A stretch of 64,000 bases of DNA from Mobula hypostoma (GCF_963921235.1 NC_086097.1:19284001-19348000); one strand, 5' to 3'; counted from the stretch's first letter, positions 51,225 to 63,634 are shown. Translations and numbers: made by a program. Notes: generated by a model not told the origin, from the letters alone.

Positions 51225-53300
51225 TACATAAGACCATAAAACTTAAGAGCAGAATTTGGTCATATAGCCCACTGAGTTTTCTCTGCCATTCCACCATAGT
51301 TGATTCATTATCCTTCTCAACCCCATTCTCCTGGCTTCTCCCCATAACCTCCAATGCACTTGCTAATCAGGAACCTATCAGCCTCCGCTTTAAATACACA
51401 AATTGACTACTTCCACAACTGTCTGTGGCAATGAATTCCACAGATTCACTTCCATCTGGCTAAAGAAATTGCTCCTCATCTCTGTTCTAAAAGAGGCGTC
51501 TCTCTAATCTGAGACTGTGCCCGCTGGTGCTACACTCCCCCACTGTAGGAAACATCCTCTCCATGTCCACTCTATCTCGGCCTTTCAATATTCGATAGGT
51601 TCAGTCATAGATTATTAAACACAGTAAATTAAAGTAAAATGATTGTACAATGGTCATGCACCTTTTACATTCTGTAAGCCGTGATCCGCATTTCAAGGAA
51701 TGAGCGTGTGACAAGAAATCTGAGCTGGCTGAAGATCTGTCTAACACTGGGGATTCTCAGCAAGATGGGTTTCTGCTGGTAGACTAATTGGGGTCACAGT
51801 GAAGCAGCAGCATCCAGTACCTTCCTATGGAATCACCAGACAGGTAGATTGGACAGAAACTTGTTTTTACCTGTAATTATTCAACATGCTTGGCATGAAT
51901 TTATTGACATCTTGGCTTAAATCTATCTTTTGAGGTAACAAGACATGTTCTTTTTCAGGCGCAATATGGTTGATATCTTGCTTTGGGAGCCTTACACAGA
52001 GATAGTTGTGCCCTCACAGTTGGCCCCAGTCGTCACTTTGTATTAGATTCAGAAAATACTGATACAAGACCCATATAACAAGGCAGTTAGTATCTGACAC
52101 TCAGTTCGCCTGAGGACTCATCTATAATTTACGTAGATTTGTTTAATTTCTATGGATTGCATCACCTTGACACTATGTTCCGCTGTAAGTATGAATGTCT
52201 GTATCTATGACTTAGTAAATACTGCAAGAGATTGCTATTAATCCAGGTAAAATCTGCCTCTCTCACACATTTTCATTACCTTCTGTGTCTGTATGAATGC
52301 ACATCAATACCAGGATATTGTTATTCATACAGAAACAGACTATTCAGTCCATTGGATTTATGAAGGCTAATGTGCTAAAAGCTTTCTTTACAAACCTATC
52401 TACCTGTGATGCCACTTTCAATGAATTATGTACCTGTATTCCCAGATCTCTCTGTTCTACCACACTCCTCTGTGCCCTACCATTCACCGTGTAACACCTA
52501 TCATGGTTGGTCCTACCAAAATGCAAAACCTCGCACTTGTCTACATTAAATTCCATTTTCCGTTTTTCAGCCCATTTTTCTAGCTGATTCGGATCCGTCT
52601 TCAAGCCGCGATAGTCTTCCTCACTGTCCACTGCACCTCCAATCTTGGCATCATCCACAAATTTGCTAATCTAGCTTATTACATTATCATCCAAATCATT
52701 GATCTAGATGACAAACAGCAATGGACCCAACACCAATCCCTGTGGCTCACCACTAGTCATAGATCTCCAGACAGAGAAGCAACTATCTATTACCACTCTC
52801 CAGCTTCTCCCGTATCTCCACTTCTGTAATCAAGCTAGAGCCCATGATCTCACTACTGTTTTGACTCAGTTCTCTGGACTCTGTCTCCATCTCACGAGTA
52901 ACTACAGATGTAAAAAATTCAATTAGGATCTCCGCCATTTCTTTCGGTTCCATGCATAGGTGATTACGCTGATCTTCAAGTGGACCAATTTTGTTTCTTG
53001 TTATCTTTGTGCTGTTGCTAGCCTTTCTTAGAACCTGTAGGAGCCCTTGGGACTCTCCTTCTCCTTGTCTGATAGGGCAACTTCATACCTTCTTTTAGCC
53101 CTTCTGATGTCCTTCCTAAGTGTACGCTGTCATTTTTTTAATATTCCTTGAGCACCTCATTTGTTTTGTGCTGCCTATACCTGCTCTGCATCTCTTCTAC
53201 TTCTGAACTGGGCCTCAATAGCACTCAAAAACCAAGGTTCTCTAAACCCATTAGCCTTGCTTTATATTCTAACATGAACGTACAAACTCTGTACTCTCAA
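51225..53300 (-). mobile_element. CR1 fragments (51225-51605; 52340-53300)
   Basis: DDAKIGGAVDSEED..KCEVLHFGRTN; CR1 3' tail at 51225. Confidence 0.8.
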
Positions 53301-55498
53301 TACTCTCACTCTTCTACTCAATCTCCTGCACTAACTAGAGATGGCAATTAGAACTTATTGAAGGGCTGTATCCAGGAAATAATTACATGGCTAGAACCTG
53401 TAAGCAATGGTCTTTCCTAGTCCTTGGAATTCAGCTCTTAATCCCTACTCCCTGAATTGTGAGAAAAATCTCAGTGCCAATAGTGAAAATGACCTGGACC
53501 TTAACTCCTCACTTCACCGAGACCCTGATCTGTAAGTGTGTTCTGGAGGTTGAATATCTATGTGCTGATCTCCAGATTAGGTACAGATATGGGGAACCTC
53601 ACAGAGATGCTAGAAGCCATTTGGTCCATCTCCCATATCCTATCCAGTTGCTTCTGACAGCTCTCATTGTTCAAGTCATTGGCACCTGTGTTGCCTATCA
53701 CTTATTCTACCAACGTCAAGGAAGACAAGGTGTTCATTGCTATAAGGTACTTTGACTTTGCCCCTGGTAGGAGCATGAACATTACGGAGACATGAGCTCA
53801 CCACTGACGCCCTCCAGTGTTCATCAAAACTGGACAAGAGGTTCTGGTCTTCTGCACATGTTGGCCATTGCATTAAGGGCAGATAAATAAGTACCTGCAA
53901 ACGATGACATGTTAAAGTCCCTACTCATGACTTGCTACAGAACTGTGACTGTCTGATGGGAATGGGAAAATAGGCCAACAAAGAAGATAATGGAGAAACT
54001 CAACAGGTTAGGCAGCACTGTGGAGATTTTTTTTTTTTTGGATCTCAGAGGAGCCTGAAGCACACTTCACTCATTGCATTCTTCTCCGCATTGAGGTTTA
54101 ACAGGGCACTATTCCGGCATTGGGACATGCAATTTCAAAGCAAACTGTTGACCGTTCAGTGTCCACGTAGCTACCAGGACATTCTCAGCTGCTACCTTCA
54201 TTCATCCAATGAGACACTCATTCATTGGGTTTTGGTAGTTATATTGCTATTGGTTTATTATTGTTACACATACCAAGATAGAGTAAAAAGCTTTTGTTTG
54301 CATACCATCCAAACTGATCACACCATGCATAATTACATTAAGGCAGTAAAAAGCAAAAAACAGAATGAAGTAGAATACAGAGAAAGTGCAGTACAGGTAG
54401 ACACATGAACTGCAAGGCCTATGATGAGGTAGACGAGAAGATCAAGAGTTCATCTTTTAGTGTATGACAGGTCTGTTTAAGAGTCCTATTAACAATGGTA
54501 TAGAAGCTGTCCTTGAGTCTAATGGTTCATGCTCTCAAGCTTTTATACCTTCTTCCAGATGAGACGGGGAGAAGAGAGATGGGAGAGATCCTTTTTTGGA
54601 TGCTTCTCTGAGGCATCAGCAAGTGTAGATGGAGCCAGTGAAGGGGAGGGTGATTTACGTGCTGGATTGGGCTGTGTTCACAACTGTGTCACTCTTACAC
54701 TCCACTTCTACAGGCTCTGGGAAAAAAATGCTCACCTGCCTAGAAACCTGTGGACAGAGAGGCTTCAGCACCACCACCATGCCCAGAGCAGTGAGGTGGA
54801 CAAGGTCTTTGCAGATAAGAGCTTTCTAATGCCATCACCTCTTAAGTATGTGACATCTCAGGGGATGGATTCCCATGCCTGGACTCTGAGGAGGTGAAGA
54901 TCTCAGTGCCCAGAATCAGATACAAGCAACCACTAAGAAAGATCTAGTTACCAGGAGAGATTGGGCAAGCCTTTTAGAGTAGAACCAAGACGGGGTAACA
55001 TTTGTTCCCAAGAACATAAGTGAATATGAGGTGATCTTATAGAGGTGTATAAAATCATAAGGGGCTTTGATAGGGTGAATGCAGACATTTTTTTTCCCTA
55101 GTGTTAGAACTGGAAGGCCTAGATAGAGTCATGTACAGAGAACATTACCACTAGTAGGAGAAGCTAGGACCATAGAGAACAGCCTCAGAATAGAAGGATG
55201 AAATAGAAGAGATGAGGAGGAATTTCTTCAGCCAGTGGTGGTGAACCTGTTGAATTTATTGCCACAGATGATTGTGGAGGCCAAGTCACTGGGTATATTC
55301 AAAGCAGAAGTTGATAGGTTCTTGATTAGCAAGGTTTCAAATATTATGGGGAGAAGGCAGGAGAATGGGGTTGAGAGGGAAAATAAATCAGACTTAGTGG
55401 GCCAAATGGCCTAATTCTGCTACTATATTTTTTTGGTCTTATGACCTATGGAATCAAGAAGGCGTAGGTTTAAGGTTAGAGGGGAGAGATTTAATAAG

Positions 55499-55785
55499 TT
55501 TCATGTCTGCACAGGCAGGCTCCTCCCAGTCTCCACCCAGCTAATGGGAGTCACCTGCCACTCATTTCTTCCTCATCAGCTGCAACTTACCTAACCCCAG
55601 CTCGCACCCACAGTCCTCGTTCACTCATCCACCCAGTCAGTTACCTCGTTGCCAGTTGTATTTAATATCTGTTCTCTGCAGTTTTGTGGCCCCTCATCCC
55701 ATTGTTATTTTACATTCCATTATTAAAGTTATTGTTTACTCCACTGCTTTGCTTTTCTGCCAAGCCTCCTCTACATTTCCTGACA
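55499..55785 (+). mobile_element. Probable solo LTR inserted in a CR1 3' fragment
   Basis: t(t)tcatg...cctgaca termini, cacctg motif and attaaa signal. The flanks rejoin as CR1 sequence. Confidence 0.5.
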
Positions 55786-56180
55786 AGAGCATCCTGGCAG
55801 GTAACTTCTTCACCCAGAGTTTTGTTGGTGTGAATGAGCTGCCAGAAATAATATTTAAAAGGCAATATGGCAGGTGCTAGGATAGGAGAGGTTTAGAAGG
55901 ATATTGGCCAGATTGAGGAAATAAGCCTAAATTAGATAGAAATCTTTGCCAGCATAGACCAGATGGAACAAAAGGCCTGTTCCTAACCTGTATGTTTCTA
56001 TGAGCAGGATGGGGAGGAGCTTTCCTAAGGATGTGTTCCTGTACAATGTGCAATTTCACCCTCCAACTGAGAGAAAGAGGGAGACACAAGAGATTCTTCA
56101 AGTGCCAGAAATGTTAAGCAACGCACACAACATGCTGGATAAACACTGCAGGTCAGGCGGCATCCGTGGAAGGGAATAAA

Positions 56181-56214
56181 CAGTCGATGTTTCAGGTCGA
56201 GACCCGTCATCAAG
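56181..56214 (-). ncRNA. Decayed minimal hammerhead ribozyme motif (PLE terminal repeat)
   Basis: Minus strand: TTGATGA-cgggtctcgacct-GAAAC-ATC-gactg. Confidence 0.55.
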
Positions 56215-56242
56215 AAAGGTGTTGTCCTGAAAGGGGGAGACG

Positions 56243-56560
56243 TGGGGACAGCAGGGTAGTGTAGTGGTTAGCACACTGCTTTCTAGCACCAGTGAGCATT
56301 GATCAGGGTTCAAACCCCGCCACTTCCTGTCAAGTGTCTGTGCATTCACCCCGTGACCATGTAGATTTCCTCCAGGTGCCCCGGTTTCCTCCCACATTCC
56401 AAAGACATACGGATTAGACTGAGTTAGTATGTCGTGGGCGTGCTATATTGGTGCCAGAAGTGTACTTAGTGCGATCCTTTCTGATTTGAGTTGATGCAAA
56501 CGATGCACTTCATTTTATGTTTCAATGTTTCGATGTAGAGTACATGTGACAAATAAAGCT
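56243..56560 (+). mobile_element. tRNA-derived V-SINE, full length
   Basis: A-box tagtgtagtgg, B-box gggttcaaacccc, V-domain tttcctccaggtgccccggtttcctcccacattccaaagac, tail catgtgacaaataaagct. Confidence 0.8.
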
Positions 56561-57197
56561 GAGAGAGAGAGCGAGAGCAGGGAATTTCTTACAGAGAGAC
56601 ACTTGCACAGTCTCTGTACAGACCAAATACCCATCTGCACGCTCCATTTGTTAATGCCATGACAGCTCTGCCAAACAACAGCTGAGAAAGCCCAGATAAC
56701 ATAAAATAATTCCCTCATCTATGACTTTACAGGTCCATCTGCACTCTTTAGACCGCATTAATGAATGGATTCCTGCTTCAGTTACTTAAGTAGTTTGCTG
56801 CATATCTCATTATTTCCTGATGAATGACACCTCACATGAAACAATCTGAGCTAGAGTTGTCTACTTTTCTCAGGGGATCTTGACTCTGCGGGCACCCAGA
56901 GTGGTGGAGAGTCTGAACAATTTGCACTGCTGTTCCACACGTTGGTGGTGGCATTTCAAACGTGTAAGCAAACCATATCATAATACATTAACTGCAGCAG
57001 AAAGCGAGATGCATTGAGGGGGTAAAATAGCAATCCAACCTCATTCAGTGATGAGACATCCCTCGCGAAACACCAGCCTGATTTAATTTCAGCAACTGAA
57101 CTACAGCAGTGGGAAACAACTGATCAAGCCTCAGCAATTATTTCTGAACAGCCCATGAACAGTAGCTCGGCAATTCTCTTCTTCTCTAAGAATCTAC

Positions 57198-58221
57198 ACT
57201 CAGTGGCCACTTTATTAGGTACACCTGTACACCTGCTCGTTAATGCAAATGTCTAATCAGCCAATCATGTGGCAGCAACTCAATGCATAAAAGCATGCAG
57301 ACATGGTCAAGAGTCACAGTTGTTGTTCAGAGCAAGTCAGGATGGGGAGGAAATGTGACCTAAGTGACTTTGACTGAGGAATAATTGTTGGTGCCAGACA
57401 GGGTGGTTTGAGAATTTCAGAAACAGCTGATCTCCTGGGATTTTCATGCAGAACACTTTCTAGGGTTTACAGAAAACGATGCAAAAAACAAAAAAAAAAG
57501 CGACAGATCTGTGGGCCAAAACACCTTGTTAATGAAAGAGATCAGAGGAGAATGACCAGTCTGGTGCAATCTGACAGGAGAGTGAAGTACATATAACCCT
57601 GAAGTGGATGGGCTACAGCAGCAGAAGACCACGGACATACGAGGGGTGATTGATAAGTTTGTGGCCTAAGGTAGACGGAGTCAGTTTTAGAAAACCTAGC
57701 ACGTTTATTTTTCAACATAGTCCCCTCCTACATTTGCACACTTGGTCCGGTGATCGTGGAGCATACGGATCTTTCTTTGTAAAAGTCAGCGTCTTGGACC
57801 TCCAGAAAGTGGTCCACAGCAGGGGTGATTGATAAGTTTGTGGCCTGAGGTGGAAGCAGATGAGTTATTAACTTCAAACTTTCTGCATAATCACTTAAAG
57901 AGTTGAACTGCACATGCACGTAACGAGAGCTGTATAACTCATCTCCTTCTACCTCAGGCCATGAATTTATCATTCACCCCTGCTGTGGACCACTTCTGGA
58001 GGTCTAAGACGCCAACTTCTACAAAGAAGGGATCCGTATGCTCCATGACCGCTGGACCAAGTGTGTAAATGTAGGAGAGGACTATGTTGAAAAATAAATG
58101 TGCTAGGTTTTCTAAAATTGAATCCTTCTACCTTAGGTCACGAACTTATCAATCACCTCTCGTATTTTCAGTGGCCACTTTATGAGGTACAAGGGGTACT
58201 TAATTAAATAGCCACTGAGTG
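57198..58221 (+). mobile_element. Non-autonomous Tc1 transposon, interrupted by a mariner MITE
   Basis: TA + cactcagtggccactttattaggtac TIR; transposase N-terminus MGRKCDLSDFD*GIIVGARQGGLRISETADLLGFS; right end gtacttaattaaatagccactgagtg. Confidence 0.85.
57640..58162. mobile_element. Mariner-derived palindromic (foldback) MITE
   Basis: TA TSD (57638-57639, 58163-58164); ends cgaggggtgattgataagtt / aacttatcaatcacctctcg. The arms carry the mariner C-terminus FYKEGIRMLHDRWTKCVNVGEDYVEK*. Confidence 0.88.
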
Positions 58222-58384
58222 TTGGTATGTATGCATGTATCTATCTATCTATCTGTCAATCTACCGTGACTTCGTAATTTTTTATGTCTTGCACTGTACT
58301 GCTGCCACAAAACAATGCATTTTACAACATATGTCGGTGATAATAAACCTGATTCTGATTCAATAAAAGCATCAGGAGATCAGG

Positions 58385-61085
58385 AGGAACACACACAAAA
58401 TGCTGGAGGAACTCAGCAGGCCAGACAACATCTATCGAAAAGAGTACAGTTGACAATTCGGGCCGAGGCTCTTCAGTAAGATTGGAGAAAAGAAGATGAA
58501 GGGTAGAGTTAAAAGGTGGGGGGAGGGGAGGGAGAAACTTCAGAAGGTGATAGGTGAAACCAGGAGCCGGGGGGGAGGTAAAGTGCTGGGAAGTTGATTG
58601 GTGAAAGAGATACAGGGCTGGAGAAAGGGGAATCTAACAGGACAGGACAGAAGGCCACAGAAAAAAGAAAATAGGGGGAGGAGCACCGGAGAGAGGCGAT
58701 GGGCAGAGAGAGGGAAAAGTGGATCGGGAATGGTGAAAGAGAGTGAGGGGGGGCATTACAGAAAGTTTGAGAAATCGATGTTCATGCCATCAGGTTGGAG
58801 CCTACCCAGACAGAATATAAGGTGTTGTTCCTCCAAGCAGAGTGTGGCTTCATCTTGACAGTGGAGATCCCACTTTTCCTGGCAGACAGAGTAGGTGCTT
58901 GGCGGAGCAGTCTCCCAATCTACGTCGGGTGTCAGCAATATACAGGAAGCCCATGGGGAGCACCGGACACTGTATATGACCCCAACAGACTCACAGGTGA
59001 AGCATCACCTCACCTGGAAGGACAGTTTGGGGCCGTGACTGGCAGTGAAGGAGGAGGTGTAGGGGCAGGTGTCACACTTATTCCACTTGCAAGGATAAGT
59101 GCCAACAGGGAGATCAGTGGGCAGGGACAAATGGACAAGGGATGGAGGTGTACAGGGACTGGACTTAACATAGTAAAAATAAGATGATGGGGGCCAAGGA
59201 ACTTGCTATCATATCTGCATACCTCAACTCTGTTTTATACCCCCTAGTTCAGTTCCTACCTACATCCGTGACATTTCACTTGCTCTGGATCTTTTTTAGT
59301 GATTTCAAGTTCCCTGGCCCTCGTCATCTTATTTTTACTATGGATGCCAGTCTCTGTACACTTCCATCCCCCACCAGAAAGGCCTCAAATCTCTCTGTTT
59401 CTTTCTGGACACCAGACCCAACCAGTTCCCCTCCACTACCACTCTCCGCCGCCTAGCGGAACTTGAACTCACTCTTAATAATTTCTCCTTTGGCTCCTCC
59501 CACTTCCTTCAAACAAAAGGTGTAGCCATGGGCACTCGCATGGGTCCCAGCTATGCCGGCCTGATTGTCGGCTGTGTAGAACAGTCTATGTTCCAAGCCT
59601 ACACTGGTGGCTGTTCTGCACTTGTCCTACGCTACGTAGCTGACTGCATTGGTGCTGCTTCCTGCACCCATGTGGAACTCGTCGACTCCATACACTTGGC
59701 CTTCAACTTCCACCCTGCCCTCAAATTTACCTGGTCTATTTCTGACACCTCCCTCCCCTTTCTCAATCACTCTGTCTCTTTCTCTGGAGACAGCTTATCT
59801 ACTGATGTCTATTACAAACCCATGGACTCTCACAGCTACCTCGACTATACCTCTTCCCACCCTGTTACTTGTAAAAACGCCATCCCCTTTTCTCAATTCC
59901 CCCACCTCTGCCGCATCTGCTCTAAGGATGAGGCTTTTCATTCCAGAACAAAGGAGGTGTCTACCTTCTTCAAAGAAAGGGGCTTCCCTCCCTCCACCAT
60001 GAATGCTACCCTCAACCGCATCTCTTCAATTTCATGCATGTCTGCTCTTACCCCATCCTCCCGCCACCCTACCAGGGATAGGGTTCCTCTTGTCCTCACC
60101 CACCACCCCACCAACCTCTGCATCCAGCACATAATTCTCCGAAACTTCCATCATCTCCAACCGGATCCCACCACAAAACATATCTTGCTGCTTTCCACAG
60201 GAATCGCTCCTTATGTGACTCCCTTGTTCCCTTGTCCATTCACCCCTCTCCACTGATCTCCCTCCTGGCACTTATCCTCACAAGCCGAACAAGTGCTACA
60301 CCTGCCCGTACACCTCCTCCCTCACTACCATTCAGGGCCACAATCAGTCCCTCCAGGTGAGGCAACACTTCACCTGTGAGTCTGTTGGGGTCATATCCTG
60401 CATCCGGTGCTCTCAGTATGACCTCCTGTATATCAGTGAGACCCAACCGAGACTGGGAGACCGCTTCACCAAGCACCTATGCTCTGCCTGCTAGAAAAAG
60501 CAGGATCTCCCAGTAGCCACCCATTTTAATTCCACTTCCCATTCCCATTCCGATATGTCCATCCACGGTCTCCTCCACTGTCCTGATGAGGCCACACTCA
60601 GGATGGAGGAACAACAACTTATATTCCGTCTTGGATAGCCTCCAACCTGATGGCATGAACATCAATTTCTCAAACTTCCCGTAAAATCGCCTCCCGCCTC
60701 TCCTTCACCATTCCCCATTTCCCTCTCCTTGCCTACCCATCGCCTCCCTCTGGTGCCACTCCCTGTTCTATTTTCCATGGCCTTCTGTCCTCTCCTATCA
60801 TACTCCCCCTTCTCCAGCCCTGTATCTCTTTCATGAATCAACTAACCAGCTCTTTACTTCATCTCCCCCCGCCCAGTTTCACCTATCACCTCGAGTTTCT
60901 CCTTCCTCTCCCCCCACCTTTTAACTCTACCCTCATCTTTTATTCTCCGGTGCTGTTGAAGGGGTCTTGGTCCAAAATGTCAACAGTACTCTTTTCCACA
61001 GATGCTGCCTGGCCTGCTGAGTTCCTCTAACATTTTGTTTATGTTGCTTGGATTTCCAGCACCTCCGGATTTTCTCTTGCTTGAG
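58385..61085 (+). mobile_element. Penelope-like element: RT + GIY-YIG (59200-61085, +) preceded by an inverted copy of its 3' end (58385-59150, -)
   Basis: QTKGVAMGTRMGPSYA..LRYVADCIG..HPALKFT..DVYYKP..SSHP; VISCIRCSQYDLLYISETQPRLGDRFTKH; QPDGMNINFSNF. Confidence 0.9.
59528..60256 (+). pseudogene. Penelope-like reverse transcriptase, C-terminal half (catalytic YxDD degenerate: YVAD)
   Basis: 242-aa ORF with PLE RT motifs. Confidence 0.85.
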
Positions 61086-61206
61086 AAATGGGGAGGAATT
61101 TCCATATCCAGACAGTGGTGAATCTGTGGAATTCATTGCAACTGACAGACATGGAGGCCAAGTCATTGGGTATATTTAAGCAAAGGTTGATAGGTTCTTG
61201 ATATGT

Positions 61207-62115
61207 AAGAATCAGAATCAGGTTTATTATCACCGGCATGTGTTGTGAAATTTGTTAACTTAGCAGCAGCAGTTCAATGCAATACATAATCTAGTAGAGA
61301 GAAAAAAAATAAATTAAATAAAACATAATAATAATAAACACACAGGTAAATCAATTATGTATATTGAATAGATTTTTTTAAATGGGCAAAAACAGAAATA
61401 CTGTTTACTGAAAGCAAGTGAGGTAATGTCCAAAGCTTCAATGTCCATTTAGGAATTGATCGCAGAGGGGAAGAAGCTGTTCCTGAATCACTGAGTATGT
61501 ACCTTCAGGCTTCTGTATCTCCTACCTGATGGTAACAGTGAGAAAAGGGCATGCCCTGGGTGCTGGAGGTCCTTAATAATGGACACTGCCTTTCTGAGAC
61601 ATCACTCCCTAAAGATGTCCTGGGTACTCTGTAGGCTGGTGCCCATGATGGAGCTGATCTATATTTACAACCTTCTGCAGCTTCTTTCAGTCCTGTGCAG
61701 TAGCCCCTCCATACCAGACAGTGATGCAGCCTGTCAGAATGCTCTTCATGGTACAACTATAGAAGTTTTTGAGTGTATTTGTTGACATGCCAAATCTCTT
61801 CAAACTCCTAATGAAGTATAGCCGCTGTCTTGACTTCTTTATAACTATATCGATATGTTGGGACCAGGTTAGATCCTCAGAGATCTTGACACCCAGAAAC
61901 TTGAAGCTGCTCACTCTCTCCACTTCTGATCCCTCTGTGAGGTTTGGTATGTGTTCCTTCGTCTTACCCTTCCTGAAGTCCACAATCAGCTCTTTCATCT
62001 TACTGACGTTGAGTGCCAGGTTGTTGCTGCGGCACCACTCCACTAGTTGGCATATCTCACTCCTGTACGCCCTCTGGTCACCACCTGAGATTCTACCAAC
62101 AGTGGTTGTATTGTC
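61207..62115 (-). mobile_element. Rex1/Babar LINE 3' part inserted in a CR1 3' fragment
   Basis: EWCRSNNLALNVSKMKELIVDFRK..KSILTGCITVWYG; (agaatc)n tail. Confidence 0.9.
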
Positions 62116-62725
62116 AGAAGAAGGGTATCAAAGATTACAGGAGAAGGGAAAAATGCAGTTGAGTGGGTTAATAAATCAGCCATGATCAAATGGTGGGGTA
62201 GGCTCGATTAGACAAATGGTCTAATTCTGCTTCTATGGCTTGTGGTTTTATCACATCACATTTTGCCCACAATTCTATTGTTTTATTATCTTCTTCTAAC
62301 ACCATCTCATCTATACCTGTTACTTCCAATCCCATCCATCCTGGGAACAGACAGCAATATGTGGCTCTTTTATCCCATCGGGTGAGCTTGCTCTGAGATG
62401 GTTTGGCAAACTCAGCACTGGTCAACTACTTCACAGAGACACGAGAGAGGCTGCAGATTCTGGAACTTGGAACAACCAATCTGCTGGAGAAACTCAGTGA
62501 GTCGAGAGACATCTGTGGGGGGGATAGGCATTATGACTGTAATTATTTCAGAGCCATTTGCTATGCTGGAAAGAAGTATCCCTCTCAAAACCTCTCCCTC
62601 GCTGTCAAAAGGCAATCACAGTTTGCCTTGTCACCTTGACTTTTAATGCATGACATGGAGAAAATGAAACAGTTGAGTGTTCTCCTTGCACAGGCAACAT
62701 CGAAAGGTGCAGCACGCACACCATA

Positions 62726-63455
62726 CAATCAGTGGCCACTTCATCAGGTATACCTGTATACCTGCCCGCTCATGCACATACCTATTCAGCCAATCATGTG
62801 GCAGCAACTCAATGTATAAAAGCATGCAGACATGGTCAAGAGGTTCAGTTGTTGTTCAGACCAAACATCAGAATGGGGAAGAAATGTAATCTGCAAGACC
62901 TTGACCTGGAATGATTGTTGGTGCCACACTGGGTGATTTGAGTACCTCAGAAACTGCTGATCTCCCAGGATTTTAGACCATAGGACCATAAGACAAAGGA
63001 GCAGAAGTCGGCCATTCGGCCCATCGGGTCTGCTCTGCCATTTTATCTTGAGCTGATCCACTCTCCCATTTAGTCCCACTTCCCCGCCTTCTCACCATAA
63101 CCTTTGATGCCCTGGCTACTCAGATACCTATCAATCTCTGCCTTAAATACACAATAGACTCTAGGGTTTACTGAGAATTGTGCGCAAAACAGAAAAACGT
63201 TGAGTGAGTGACAGATGGGTGGGTGAGAATGTCTTGTAAATGAGGGAGGTCAGAGTAGAATAGCCAGGTGGGTTCAAAAGTGACAGTAACACAAATAACC
63301 ACACATTACACACGTGCTATGCAGAAAGGCATCTCTGAATGACCGCACATTGAGCCTCGAAGTGGATGAGCTATAGCTGCAGAAATCCACAAACATACAC
63401 TCAGTAGCCACTTATTTAGGTACAGGAGGTACCTAATAAAATGACCATTGAGTGT
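62726..63455 (+). mobile_element. Second copy of the non-autonomous Tc1 element, with a CR1 3' fragment inserted (62975-63153)
   Basis: caatcagtggccacttcatcaggta left end; MGKKCNLQDLD; same terminal mini-palindrome as in 57198-58221. Confidence 0.8.
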
Positions 63456-63634
63456 TGGTATGTATACATGTATCTATCTATCTACTTGTCTATCGATCTA
63501 TCAACCTATTGTGACAGGAGATACCTAAAAAAGTGGCCAACATACAGCTAGTAAGCCTGTATGTTGATTTCTATTAAAAGAGGTTAAGGTCCACCCAGGT
63601 TAACAACAGCCCACTTATGGACAGCCAGTATGTA

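Noticed and set aside
56243..56325. tRNA gene
   Set aside because: The A and B boxes are followed by a V-domain and tail, and I cannot build a cloverleaf. It is a SINE head.
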